Numbered from the stretch's first letter, positions 18,205-37,757 are shown. The stretch: DNA of 64,000 nt from Eledone cirrhosa (GCA_964016885.1 OZ024742.1:54560001-54624000); one strand, 5' to 3'. Notes: a model not told the origin generated them from the letters alone. Made by a program: numbers and translations.

Positions 18205-20106
18205 CTACCTTTCCGCTTCCCGGGGTTCGGGTTGCACGACTTCCATGGGGTCGGGGGTGTTGGGTGAAGGGGTGTCTTGTGGTGGTGTGGGGTCGTCAGT
18301 GTGTGGTGGGGTTGGGGTGTTTGGAGTTGTGTTGGGGAGGGGAAGGGGAGGGGGAAAGCTTTTTAGTAGGACGCGGTTTATGGGTTTGACAGAGGGTGGT
18401 CCTACGTCCTCCTTAAAATCCTTTTTTAGTTTTTGGTAGAGGTTCATTGGGATTTTTATTAGTTTTAAATGTGGGTGGTTTTCTGACGAAACAAAGTTTA
18501 CACCTTCGGTTTGTACCGAAGGATTATTGTATATGAGTTCATTTAATTTATTATTGTTTCTGTTGATGTAAGTATAGTGTAATGTCTTTTTTTCCGATGG
18601 TGTGAGTGTTTCGAAGAGGGGAGGGGCAGGTTTGGTTTTGTTTGTTGCTGGAGGGGTGTTTTCTGTTTTGTTGGATTGTGTTGAGATTTGGGTGGGGGTT
18701 GTTTGTACTTGTGTGTTTTGCACATGTTTTCTTTTTTTCCTTTTAATCTGTCTGAAGGACTCCGTTTCTTCCTCCGAATTCGTTGGGTTATCTTCAGTGT
18801 TGGAGGGAAGAGGTATGTTTGCTGGTAATGTTTCCGTGTTGGTTTTCTTTGTGGGGGAGATGGATGTCACTATGTTAGACTGTGTTGTGTGTTGTGTCTG
18901 CGGTGGTTGTGTTGTTTTATTGAGTGAGAGGTTGGGTGGGCCTGTATTTTGTTTTGGGGTAATGTGTTGTGACTGTTTGTGTTGTGGTGGTGTTGTGGTT
19001 TTACTGAGGGACGGGTTGGGTGGGACTGAGTTTTGTTGTTTGTTTATCTGTTGTGGTGGTGGTGGTGGAGCTGGTGTTGGTAGCAGAGTTTTCTTTTTGT
19101 TGAGTTGGGGACAAGCGGCCTTCAGGTGCCCTCTGCCTGCACAGATATGGCAGGACGGCCTTCTCCCCTCCACGCTAATGTTTATATACCCGTGGTCCTC
19201 TAATAGGATTCTGTCGGGTATTTGGGCGATGCGTTCAGGCTTCATTTGTACTACCAGCTCTATACCTGTTCCACTGAACGCATTGCCTGTGGTTTTCCCA
19301 ATGGAAATCACGTTGTCATTCACTGGATCGATGAAGCCAGCTATGAGCCAGCAGTAGTCCACATCTGGCATCATTGCATCCAGCCATATGCGTTGAGTTC
19401 TTTTCCCCATATAAGATGGATAAAAGGTGAAATTTTTCGAACGAATCGGTGACAAAGCACATTTTTTTGCCACCGATTCGTTCTTCATGATAATTGCTAG
19501 GCTTCCATACAGTCTGTCTTTTCTTATGAAAGTTGTTTCATTCAGTACTTCTGTGAGTACTGTTTTGATATCTGCTTGAGAAGGCTGTTCAGGTTTTTTT
19601 GTACTGTTGTTGATGGTCCGAAACTTGACCGTTCGGCTTTCAATGTCTTTCGTGAATTCTTGAGGCATTTTTACCGATAAAATACCATTCTCACCTTCAC
19701 TTATGTATTGTTTGGCGTCCGTGATCCTTCGTACCACATCTGAAATGTTTTCCGCTATATAAGTCAAAGATTTCTTTGTTTTCTGTGCAAATGAAATCTT
19801 GTCGTCTGCTTTGTTTTCTGATATGGTGTTATTTTCAACTGTTATTTTTTTGTTTGTTGTGTCTTTGTTTGTGTTATTAGTATTGTCATGCAATTTTTCA
19901 AATTTTTTTTTTTCTTTGTTGGAATCCAAGTCCAGATTTGTGTTTTCGTCATTTAATTTTTTCTCCGCAGATTGGTCCGTTTTTATTTTAATTTTTCCTT
20001 CCTTCTCTATGACGTTAGTTGGGAAGGAAGGGAGGACTAAAGCGTGCGAGCTTACAACTCTTACCGCTGTCCCCCCACCACTATTTTCGTTCGCTGCGTT
20101 TAACAT
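18205..20106 (-). CDS. Tx1-like ORF1 (gag-like, CCHC zinc knuckle)
   Basis: 633-aa ORF with CHICAGRGHLKAAC and a Pro/Thr-rich C-terminal half, immediately upstream of ORF2. Confidence 0.82.
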   Translation of the reverse strand: MLNAANENSGGGTAVRVVSSHALVLPSFPTNVIEKEGKIKIKTDQSAEKKLNDENTNLDLDSNKEKKKFEKLHDNTNNTNKDTTNKKITVENNTISENKADDKISFAQKTKKSLTYIAENISDVVRRITDAKQYISEGENGILSVKMPQEFTKDIESRTVKFRTINNSTKKPEQPSQADIKTVLTEVLNETTFIRKDRLYGSLAIIMKNESVAKKCALSPIRSKNFTFYPSYMGKRTQRIWLDAMMPDVDYCWLIAGFIDPVNDNVISIGKTTGNAFSGTGIELVVQMKPERIAQIPDRILLEDHGYINISVEGRRPSCHICAGRGHLKAACPQLNKKKTLLPTPAPPPPPQQINKQQNSVPPNPSLSKTTTPPQHKQSQHITPKQNTGPPNLSLNKTTQPPQTQHTTQSNIVTSISPTKKTNTETLPANIPLPSNTEDNPTNSEEETESFRQIKRKKRKHVQNTQVQTTPTQISTQSNKTENTPPATNKTKPAPPLFETLTPSEKKTLHYTYINRNNNKLNELIYNNPSVQTEGVNFVSSENHPHLKLIKIPMNLYQKLKKDFKEDVGPPSVKPINRVLLKSFPPPLPLPNTTPNTPTPPHTDDPTPPQDTPSPNTPDPMEVVQPEPREAER

Positions 20107-20454
20107 TTCTGTTAGACGATTGAAATTTTTTACACAAAATTTTTTAAAACAGGTTTTTCACCTCTAGGAGGGGTAAAGATGAGCTGACCCACCGCCTGAC
20201 AGTTCAGACGGAGGGTCAAGCTACACAATTGTATCAAAATTAAGTTTGAACTCACAAAATTTCCTCAATAAATTTGAACAAAACTTCTGTGCGAAGTGAA
20301 TGACATCCACACTGTAGAACAGACGACAGCTAGTCATCTATATATATATAGATATAGATAGGTAAATATACACGGGTGTGTATGATTGTGTATAGATTAT
20401 ATTAAAAAGAGGAATTCCAACTTTGTCTGACAAAGTTGGAATTCCTCTTATTAA

Positions 20455-20543
<89 letters not shown>

Positions 20544-20544
20544 G

Positions 20545-20579
<35 letters not shown>

Positions 20580-20584
20580 GTATA

Positions 20585-23287
20585 TCATCATCATCATCAT
20601 CATCATCACCGTTTTACGTCCGTTCTTCCACGCTAGCATGGGTTAGACGGGTTGTCCTGTTGTGGGCAGTGTCTGGTCGGCTGACCATGCCTTGCTCATA
20701 CAGGAACTGATCTGGCTTGATTTCTACAGCTGGATGCCCTTCCTAACACCAACCTCATTTACAGTGAGTGCTGGGTGCTTTTTCGTGGCGCCTACACGTC
20801 TACTTTACAGTGTGGGCTGGGTGCTTTTTTGCCGTGGCACCTCCACGACCACCTTGCGGTGGGGGGGGGCATATTGTTTATATGCTTCAGCATGTACCCA
20901 TGGGAGGTCGGGTACCCTGTATTACTGCGTGACGCCAGAAGTCACGGTCGTGTGTCATTGACTTTGAGAGGTGTGGTTGGGTAAGGTCGGCTTTTATCAC
21001 CTCATCCCAAGTCATCTTGGGTCTCCCCACTCCGCGGTTTCCATCAACTTCTAGTGCTCTGCACCTTTTTATGCAGCTGTCATCCTTCATACGCATCACA
21101 TGTCCATACCAGCGTAACCGCCTCTCCTGCACGCAGCATTTGATTCCTCTTATGCTCAGTCTCTCTCTCAATTCCTTTATGCTTTGTCGTTCACGTATAT
21201 TACTGTTACACATCCATCGGAGCATGCAGGCTTCGTTTCTCTCTAATCTACGTAAGTCTTCCACCTTCAGCGCCCAGGTCTCACTACCATGCAACATCGC
21301 TGTTCGGATACACGCATCATACAGTCTGCCTTTCATTCTGAGGGAGAAGCCTTTTGCAGCTAGCAGTGGTAGTAGTTCCCTAAACTTCTTCCATCCCGTT
21401 CTTACCCTAGTTATTGTACTTTCTGAGCACCCACGTCCGTTGCTAATTCGGTCACCTAGGTAGCAGAAGCTGTCTACTGTTTCTACAGGGCCCTCCCAGA
21501 GATTGGTGGTACTTGTTTCCTGTGGCTGTTTGCTTGCTGTTTCAGCACAGCTGCTGCATGTGAATCCTACATTCTTAATTAAGCTTCCTGAGATCCCGCT
21601 ACATCTCTTGTGTACCCATTGTTTGCATTTGGGGCAGAGAATGGAGTTCCTACCTACACCTTTCCTACATACTGAGCACGGCCATTTCCCTGAGGGGATC
21701 TGGGTTCTGTTTTCTCGTCTACTTATAAGGACCTTAGTCTTTGTCATGTTGACTTTGAGGCCCTTTCTCTCTAGTCCCTGCTTCCAGGTTTGGAATTTAT
21801 TCTCTAGTTCTACCATAGATTCAGCTATGAGTGCGAGGTCATCAGCATACAGGAGTTCCCATGGGCATCCGGTCTTAAACTCCTCCGTTATTGCCTGCAG
21901 GACTATGATGAACAGGAGAGGGCTAAGAACAGAGCCCTGGTGGACCCCAACCTGTACGCTAAATTCCTCGCTATACTCATTGCCAATCCTAACTTTGCTG
22001 ACTGCTCCCCTATACATGGCTTGTACCGCTTTCACAAGCCATTCATCTACTCCTAGTTTTCTAAGAGCCCACCAGATTACTGCACGTGGAACTCTGTCAA
22101 AGGCTTTCTCAAGGTCGACAAATGCCAAGTAGAGTGGCTTACTTTTAGCTAGGTACTTTTCCTGTAATTGCCTCACAAGGAAGAGGGCATCAGTGGTGCC
22201 TTTCCCTGGTACAAACCCAAATTGCATCTCGTCTATATTCACCCGGTCCCTAATCAGCTGTGCTATAACTCTTTCTGTTACTTTCATGACCTGGTCCATC
22301 AACTTTATACCTCTATAGTTTCCTCTATCTAGTGCATCGCCTTTACCTTTGTAGCAGTTGACAATGATGCTACTGCACCAATCTTTTGGTATGGCCCCCT
22401 CTAGTATTACCTGGTTAACGATACGTGTGGTTATAGTGTGACCTACAGACCCAGATGCCTTCAGCATCTCGGCAGCTATACCCGATGGACCGGTTGCCTT
22501 CCCTATCTTCATATCTCTGATTGCCTTACTTACTACGCTGCCGCTGACTTGTACTGCTGGTCCCTCTATAGGGTCTACGTGGGGTAGGGTCTCTTCTTCC
22601 CATGCATTCTCCTCATTTAGTAATCTATCATAATGACTCTTCCATGCATATTTCTTCTCAGCACTTGTGAGGGCAAGCTCACCTTTATCATTCCGGATAC
22701 ACTTCTCTCCAATGACATCACAACTATCTCTGACACACTGCCTCGCAATGTTGAATACCTCCTGTTTCTGGTCCTCACGTTGTAAAACATGCTTGAATTT
22801 TCTATCCTCTGCTTCCCTCCTAGCTAAGTATACTTGTCGCCTAGCTTCCCTCTTGGTCTCTATGTAATGTACCCTGCTCCCCCCGTTCTTCCATTCTTTC
22901 CATGCCTGTCTCTTGGCCTTGACTGCTTCATCTACCTTATTGTTCCACCACCAAGTCACTCTCCTCCTGCTTGAGGTCTTACTCCAGCCACAAACCTCAT
23001 CCGTCGCCTCTAGTAAGTTATTTTTTAGGAACTCCCAGTTCTCTTCTACGTTAAATGTCTCTATCTGTTCTTCTTTACTGTCGTAGGCGTTGAGTAAAAT
23101 ATCTTTAAATCTGTTACTGGTTGAGGGGACTTTCAGCTTCCAGATCTTTCTTCTCCAGGTTGGCCTCTGTTTCAGGGCTCGTCTAGTTCTGACCGTGAGG
23201 TCACTGACAACTAAGCTATGTTGGGATGTACATTCCTCACTAGGGAAGGCTTTTGTGTTTACGACCGTCCATCTGTCACGTCCTCTG
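20585..23287 (-). mobile_element. 5'-truncated RTE-clade LINE with (GAT)n tail
   Basis: Open frame 20887-~23287: [68 protein letters not shown]. (TCA)n at 20585-20608. Confidence 0.92.
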
Positions 23288-23339
<52 letters not shown>

Positions 23340-23374
23340 GTATATATATATGTATATATATGTATATATATATG

Positions 23375-23425
<51 letters not shown>

Positions 23426-23426
23426 G

Positions 23427-23494
<68 letters not shown>

Positions 23495-23495
23495 T

Positions 23496-24291
<796 letters not shown>

Positions 24292-24418
24292 TTATGTATG
24301 TATATATATATATATATATATATGAATGTATATATATATATATATATGTATATATATGTATGTATATATATATATATATGTATGTATATATATATTTATA
24401 TATGTATATATATGTATG

Positions 24419-24538
<120 letters not shown>

Positions 24539-24619
24539 TATGTATATATATATTCTGAGTGACCCGAATCTTCCAGATCGTAATTTTTCGGTCGTATGGT
24601 TGATTTTAGACATGATCTA

Positions 24620-25237
24620 TGAGTGGAACAACAACAACACCCATACAAACAACACTGACCTAAGAGAAGTATAAATAAGTAAATAAAATAAAATAAAATA
24701 AGATAAATAAATACATACACAAGCACAATAACAACAAGCACATAAACACACACGAGTCACCCAGCAGACACAACACTATACACACTAGTCATACATCACA
24801 CATAACACTATACACACACGCAAACGCATGCGCAAAGAAGAAAAAATAAAATAAGATAAACAAACAAGCAAATAAATAAATAAATATATTGAATAAAAAA
24901 TGGCGTAGACATACAACACAGCAGGAGGAACAATGAATATAACACCACTGACGATGTTGCAGATGTGCAACGAAAGATTTATGTAAATTATGTAAACTAT
25001 ATATATGTGTTTGTGTCTATATTGTATCTGTATTATTTTTGACCGCCAGTCAGTCAATGGCAACATTGAGGACCGAGTAAGTTAGATCGCAGATATAAAA
25101 GACAGCGAAAAGCGAAAACCAACCAAACAGTGAGTGTGTTCTGTTATTAATTCTGGCAATATTACGCAAATATGACCCTCTCCAAATATAACAATATCTG
25201 TTTCGACACACGATTTCATATAAAAAACCTCGCTAAA
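24620..25237 (+). mobile_element. 3' fragment of the Naiad-like PLE
   Basis: Near-identical to ~44911-45537, including the ORF end EWNNNNT..TD.REV* and the HHR-like motif at 24946-24983. Confidence 0.93.
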
Positions 25238-26125
<888 letters not shown>

Positions 26126-26319
26126 TCAGGTTTGAGGTTCACCACTGTATAGAGCTGGTCTATTCCGTATGGTCAATCGTAATGCAATAATATAGAGAGT
26201 ACTCAACGTAAAGCAGTTCAACCGTCTTTGTTTTTGTAGTTGGTGGTGCTATTACGGAGTTAAATATTATAATGAAATGACAGGAGGCTGGATTTGTGTA
26301 AATCCTTGAAAGGTTTATT

Positions 26320-26377
26320 ATACTATGATCATTTCAATGACCGGGTTCCGTATGAATCCGGTGATATCATCAGGTAT
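26320..26377 (-). ncRNA. Type I hammerhead ribozyme
   Basis: Reverse complement of 30045-30102. Confidence 0.8.
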
Positions 26378-29300
26378 TCGAAATATAATACGTGAATGTA
26401 ATAGGTAAAATCCATGGGGCTGAAAATCGAGACCCGAGGGCGACCGCTATTCTGTTCCTTCAACCTCAGCCGGTCGCCCTGGAGTGACGTGGCTAAATTT
26501 TATAGTATGCTACTACCGGTCAGATGAACGAAAACAGAAAGAGATGGGAGCATAGGTTAACGTCGATCCCATGACACAAGGTAAAAGAAAGAAAGAAAGG
26601 AAGGAGAAGAAGGGGGAAGAAAGAAGAAGAGAAGTCAGGGTTAATGTCAGCTAAAAGAGGAAGGTAACTACTACTGGTCAGATATAGGCAAGCAAGAGGG
26701 GGAAGGAATATAAGCCTGCAGGGAGGAGGAGAGGAGAGAAGGAAGGGAAGAGAGAAGTAGAAAAGTAAGGGTTGATGGCTACAAGAAGGAAGATAGAGAG
26801 GAAGAGGAAGAAAGGTCGATATTAATGTCAGACCACAGTCAAGCCAGGAGTGACGCGAGAGAATTTTCACAGGGACCCGCATCTTAGCGGAGATGGATAT
26901 ATTGGGAGTCAGTGTTTTACAGTGTTTAGACTTCTAGGATGAAGTTAAAAAAATTTAATAATCAATATTCAATATTAAAGAGGTTAGAAAATTTAAAGTT
27001 CAACAGTTTAACAATTAATTATATAATAGTTCCGATTTGTTCTGTAATTTAAAGGTACTATTTGGCGGTTAAAACAACGGCCGCGCCCCGGGCCCCATGG
27101 CGAATTAAGCCACGCCGAGTATTTTCATTTACTGAAAGAAGGGGAAATTTATTTTTCCAAGCACTCTAGGTGAGCTCGTTCGCCACGGAGCTGGTCGCGC
27201 CGCCATTAAAACCCACCCAACAGTCCGACAGAAAGTTGGAACTTTAAAATTTAGCTTAGAGAAGTAAAAGAGTAATGGTTGATAGCTACAAGAAGGAAGA
27301 TAGAAAGAGAGAGGAAGGAAGGTCGATATTAATGTCACACCACAGTCGGGCCAGGAGTGGCGCGACAAAATTTTCACAGGGACTCGCATCTTAGCAGAGG
27401 TGAATATAATGGGGGTCAGTGTGTTACAATGTTTAGACTTATAGGATGAAGTTAAAAAATTAATAAATTAATAATCAATATTCCATATTAAAGAGGTTAG
27501 AAAACTTAAAGCTCAACAGTTTCAGGTTGATATATATAATAGTTCCGATTTGTTCTGTAATTTAAAGGTACTATTTGGCGGTTAAAACACCGCCGCGCCC
27601 CAGGCCCCATGGCTAATTAAGCCACGCCGAGTATTTTCATTTACTGAAAGAAGGGGAATTTATTTTTCCAAGCACTCCAGGTGAGCCCGTTCGCCAGGGA
27701 GCTGGTCGCGCCGCCGCTAAAACCCACCCAACGGTCCGACAGAAAGTTGGAACTTTAGAATTTTGCTTAACTCTATCGGATGAAGTTGAAAGAATTCAGA
27801 ATAACATTCAGAATAACATTATGAAACTAAGGAGTAAGAGGATTGAGAATTGAACAAACAGAAAATTGAAGATTAGACATTCAAATAACTTCTATGAGGT
27901 TTTGGGTTGCGGGGTTTAATTAAATAGTCTTTTATGAAGAAACGTTAATTGTATTATGTAGATCTGTAATTTATCCTAGTGGGATGTAGAGTACGGGATA
28001 TAGTCCTGTAATGTTTAATTTTTGTTCTCAGGAGGAGACATTCCAGTGTCGTGTGCTAGTGGGTACAGGTCCCAATGTGAGGAGTAGAAATACATGGATA
28101 CATAGAAGTGGAATACGTGGAAGAGCTAATGGGTACAGGTCCCAATGTGAGGGGTAGAAATACATGGATACATAGAAGTGGAATACGTGGAAGAGCACAT
28201 TGGTACAGCAGAGGTATAAATATATAAACATATCAATATATAGGTATAAACATGTAAATAAACCAACAAGAGTGGTGTTGGAGTAAGATGGAGAAATCAG
28301 GACATTAATACAGCAAACAAAGATGTGAAGATATAGATAAACAAACAATAGTCGTTGTCTAGTAAATGTAGAGTTCAAGAGACAGGAGAAATACAATATA
28401 GTTCGGGTTGCGGTATTTATGTTCCCAGGGGGAAATATTCCAGTGACGTGTGCTGAGGGTACACGCGAGTAAAAGTCCGAATAAGGGAAGTAGAAAGTAC
28501 ATGGATGTATAGAGGTAGAATACGTGGAGGAGCATCAATACAGCAAATAAAGATGTAAAGATATAAATAAACAAACAAGAGTCGTTGTCTATTAAATGGA
28601 GAGTTCAAGACACAGGAGAAATACAATATAGTTCAAGTTGCAGTCAGATAATGCATATAGATGTGGAAACAGTGCGTGTTCGAGTCTGGGAGTTCAGTGT
28701 GAGTTATACATGCCCAGAAGTATAGGGTAGCCATTTAGTTAATTCAGTGCAGTACAATACATGTTATGGTCCAGTCCGTGGAGTTTCGTCGAAGTTCGGA
28801 TATTCTGTGAGGGGAGTAGCAAAGGGCCAGGCGAAAGCACCGGGTAGCCAGAGTTCGAATTAACCAGAACAAATCGGAACTATTATATATATCAACCTGA
28901 AACTGTTGAGCTTTAAGTTTTCTAACCTCTTTAATATGGAATATTGATTATTAATTTATTAATTTTTTAACTTCATCCTATAAGTCTAAACATTGTAACA
29001 CACTGACCCCCATTATATTCACCTCTGCTAAGATGCGAGTCCCTGTGAAAATTTTGTCGCGCCACTCCTGGCCCGACTGTGGTGTGACATTAATATCGAC
29101 CTTCCTTCCTCTCTCTTTCTATCTTCCTTCTTGTAGCTATCAACCATTACTCTTTTACTTCTCTAAGCTAAATTTTAAAGTTCCAACTTTCTGTCGGACT
29201 GTTGGGTGGGTTTTAATGGCGGCGCGACCAGCTCCGTGGCGAACGAGCTCACCTAGAGTGCTTGGGAAAATAAATTTCCCCTTCTTTCAGTAAATGAAAA

Positions 29301-30044
29301 TACTCGGCGTGGCTTAATTCGCCATGGGGCCCGGGGCGCGGCCGTTGTTTTAACCGCCAAATAGTACCTTTAAATTACAGAACAAATCGGAACTATTATA
29401 TAATTAATTGTTAAACTGTTGAAGTTTAAATTTTCTAACCTCTTTAATATTGAATATTGATTATTAAATTTTTTTAACTTCATCCTAGAAGTCTAAACAC
29501 TGTAAAACACTGACTCCCAATATATCCATCTCCGCTAAGATGCGGGTCCCTGTGAAAATTCTCTCGCGTCACTCCTGGCTTGACTGTGGTCTGACATTAA
29601 TATCGACCTTTCTTCCTCTTCCTTTCTATCTTCCTTCTTGTAGCCATCAACCCTTACTTTTCTACTTCTCTCTTCCCTTCCTTCTCTCCTCTCCTCCTCC
29701 CTGCAGACTTATATTCCTTCCCCCTCTTGCTTGCCTATATCTGACCAGTAGTAGTTACCTTCCTCTTTTAGCTGACATTAACCCTGACTTCTCTTCTTCT
29801 TTCTTCCCCCTTCTTCTCCTTCCTTTCTTTCTTTCTTTTACCTTGTGTCATGGGATCGACGTTAACCTATGCTCCCATCTCTTTCTGTTTTCGTTCATGT
29901 GACCGGTAGTAGCATACTATAAAATTTAGCCACGTCACTCCAGGGCGACCGGCTGAGGTTGAAGGAACAGAATAGCGGTCGCCCTCGGGTCTCGATTTTC
30001 AGCCCCATGGATTTTACCTATTACATTCACGTATTATATTTCGA

Positions 30045-30102
30045 ATACCTGATGATATCACCGGATTCATACGGAACCCGGTCATTGAAATGATCATAGT
30101 AT
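30045..30102 (+). ncRNA. Type I hammerhead ribozyme
   Basis: ATAC-CTGATGA-T-ATCACCGGATTC-ATACG-GAACCCGGTCAT-T-GAAA-TGATCA-TA-GTAT; AUA site. Confidence 0.8.
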
Positions 30103-30245
30103 AATAAACCTTTCAAGGATTTACACAAATCCAGCCTCCTGTCATTTCATTATATATATATTTATAATATATATACATTTCATTATATATATATTTATAT
30201 ATATATATATATATGCATATATATATATATATATATGTATACATG

Positions 30246-30331
<86 letters not shown>

Positions 30332-30339
30332 CATGTATC

Positions 30340-30411
<72 letters not shown>

Positions 30412-30435
30412 TGTATATATATGTATATATATATG

Positions 30436-30466
<31 letters not shown>

Positions 30467-30534
30467 GTATATATATATGTATATACATATGTATATATAT
30501 ATGTATGTATATGTATATATATATATGTATATAC

Positions 30535-30566
<32 letters not shown>

Positions 30567-30567
30567 G

Positions 30568-30739
<172 letters not shown>

Positions 30740-30821
30740 TATTTATATATATATATGTATATATATATATATGTATATATATATATGTATATATATATGT
30801 ATGTATATATATATGTATATA

Positions 30822-30901
<80 letters not shown>

Positions 30902-30919
30902 TGTATATATATGTATATA

Positions 30920-31004
<85 letters not shown>

Positions 31005-31252
31005 GTATATATATATGTATATACATATGTATATATATATGTATATATATGTGTATATATATGTATATACATATATATATATATATATGTATATATATAT
31101 GTATATATATATATATATATGTATATGTAGGAGGTGAGTTTTATTGTAGTACAATAAAGCAATGCAGATATCGGATAAGAAGCACTCTACAGTTTGTGGG
31201 ACTGGAGTATGCATAATATAAGATCAAAAGATGGTTAAAGGAGTTCAATATA

Positions 31253-31319
31253 TTTTATTATGCGCATTTCAAAAACAAACATCATCAAACAATAATATTT
31301 GTGTTTTCATCAGATAAAA
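31253..31319 (-). ncRNA. Type I hammerhead ribozyme
   Basis: Reverse complement of 31449-31515. Confidence 0.82.
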
Positions 31320-31448
31320 CAGGAGAACATGATATGAAGGCTAAAAAAACACTTGTTGATAGTGCAGTTTTAAATCAACATATGATATGTTGATTTAAAA
31401 CTGCACTATCAACAAGTGTTTTTTTAGCCTTCATATCATGTTCTCCTG

Positions 31449-31515
31449 TTTTATCTGATGAAAACACAAATATTATTGTTTGATGATGTTTGTTTTTGAA
31501 ATGCGCATAATAAAA
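31449..31515 (+). ncRNA. Type I hammerhead ribozyme
   Basis: TTTTAT-CTGATGA-AAACACAAATATTATT-GTTT-GATGATGTTTGTTTTT-GAAA-TGCGCA-TA-ATAAAA. Confidence 0.82.
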
Positions 31516-31556
31516 TATATTGAACTCCTTTAACCATCTTTTGATCTTATATTATA

Positions 31557-31696
<140 letters not shown>

Positions 31697-31914
31697 AATA
31701 TATTTATATATATATATGTATATATATATATATGTATATATATATATGTATATATATATGTATATATATATATATGTATATATATATGTATATATATATG
31801 TGTATATATATATGTATATATATATATATATGTATATATATATGTATATATATATGTATATATATATATATGTATATATATGTATATATATATGTATGTA
31901 TATATATATTTATA

Positions 31915-32045
<131 letters not shown>

Positions 32046-32080
32046 ATATGCATATATATATATATATATATGTATACATG

Positions 32081-32127
<47 letters not shown>

Positions 32128-32136
32128 GTATATATT

Positions 32137-32196
<60 letters not shown>

Positions 32197-32200
32197 CATG

Positions 32201-32295
<95 letters not shown>

Positions 32296-32302
32296 GTATA
32301 TA

Positions 32303-32347
<45 letters not shown>

Positions 32348-32413
32348 GTATATATATATGTATATACATATGTATATATATATGTATATATATGTATATA
32401 TATATGTATATAC

Positions 32414-32445
<32 letters not shown>

Positions 32446-32446
32446 G

Positions 32447-32495
<49 letters not shown>

Positions 32496-32504
32496 GTATA
32501 TATG

Positions 32505-32539
<35 letters not shown>

Positions 32540-32550
32540 GTATATATATA

Positions 32551-33629
32551 CTAGCAGTAAAGCCCGGCGTTGCTCGGAGTCGCTCAGTAGCTGTGTTAAA
32601 GTTACAATGTTAAGTTTCTTTCTTGGCTTAAAAACTGTAGTGTCTACTGTGCAGACTTGCATGTAGTGTTTTTGATTAATATTCCCTCAACCAACAATAT
32701 GCCTTATGAAGTTAAGAAAACATAACGATAACCCGAATGTTATAACAAAAGAGGATGCTGGGGATAGAAACTGCACTGGTTATTTATTAACAAAGATCGA
32801 AAATGTAAACACTGCAACGCAGAGAAATACATTAGCGTAACCAAATCATCAGTTATGTCTGTCTGCACGCCTATATCACCTCTCTGCACGACTGTCTGTC
32901 TGCACGCCTATATCACCTCTCTGCACGACTATCTGTCTGCACGCCTATATCACCTCTCTGCACGACTGTCTGTCTGCACGCGTATATCACCTCTCTGCAC
33001 GACTATCTGTCTGCACGACTGTCTGTCTGCACGCCTAACGAAATTTACAGATACAGCCCGGTGTTGCTCGGGGTCGCTCAGTAGCTGTGTTAAAGTTACA
33101 ATGTTAAGTTTCTTTTTTGGCTTAAAGTCTGTCTGCACGCCTAACGAAATTTACAGATAGATATATTTTAAATAAACTTATATAATTTTTGCTTTTTTTT
33201 ACGAAATATTTGCTTGTTTCACGTAGTCTTTAAATAGACTTGTTTTCAAGTAAAAATATTGTTTTAAAAGGCTTTTAAATGGAAATGAAGCAAAACGGAA
33301 GCTTAGTGTTCGAACTGATAAATTTTGCAGTGTGTTAATGTCATTTTAAACGCTGAGAAAGCCAGCGTAATTTTTTTAATTTTTGCGCGCAGACGCTCAA
33401 TGTAAACAGAACAAAGGGAAATAACTGATCACTTATGCTCAAAAATCGATACATTATATTCGATTTCGTCACATAGGGTGGGTGAATTCGAAATTTTTTT
33501 TTCCGATGTCTTCGCTAGGGCTTAATGTACAAGGATAGCAATTTCGGTGCAATTCCGTGAGAGATTCTAAGAGGAGATGTGTGCCAAAAATCGATAGACA
33601 GACAGACAACACAGTTTTATATATATAGA
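32551..33629 (-). mobile_element. Non-autonomous Helitron
   Basis: Minus strand starts A|TCTATATATATAAAA followed by (CTGT)n, and ends with hairpin CCGAGCAACGCCGGG + CTAG|T (AT target). Confidence 0.82.
32856..33036. repeat. 37-bp minisatellite inside the Helitron
   Basis: About four copies of TGTCTGTCTGCACGCCTATATCACCTCTCTGCACGAC plus partial units. Confidence 0.85.

Positions 33630-37757
<4,128 letters not shown>

Larger units (their letters stand above)
14523..20338 (-). mobile_element. Near full-length Tx1/L1-group non-LTR retrotransposon with 21-bp TSD
   Basis: ORF1 + ORF2 (APE-RT-zinc finger). TATATATATATAGATATAGAT at 14502-14522 and 20339-20359. Confidence 0.9.
31128..31555. mobile_element. 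Perfect palindromic fold-back element with an HHR in each arm
   Basis: Arms 31213-31383 / 31385-31555, 1-nt centre (31384); tail 31128-31212; flanked by (TA)n. Confidence 0.92.

Noticed and set aside
26520-29902. Paired ORFs MRVPVKILSRHSW.. on both strands
   Set aside because: Low-complexity Leu/Phe/Ser/Pro translations duplicated by the inverted and tandem repeats; no domain recognised.
26268-30154. Long-TIR DNA transposon (Foldback/MULE) interpretation
   Set aside because: The one-sided tail, HHR, tail-only copy at 36957 and absence of a TSD fit a PLE-type retro-insertion better; not fully excluded.
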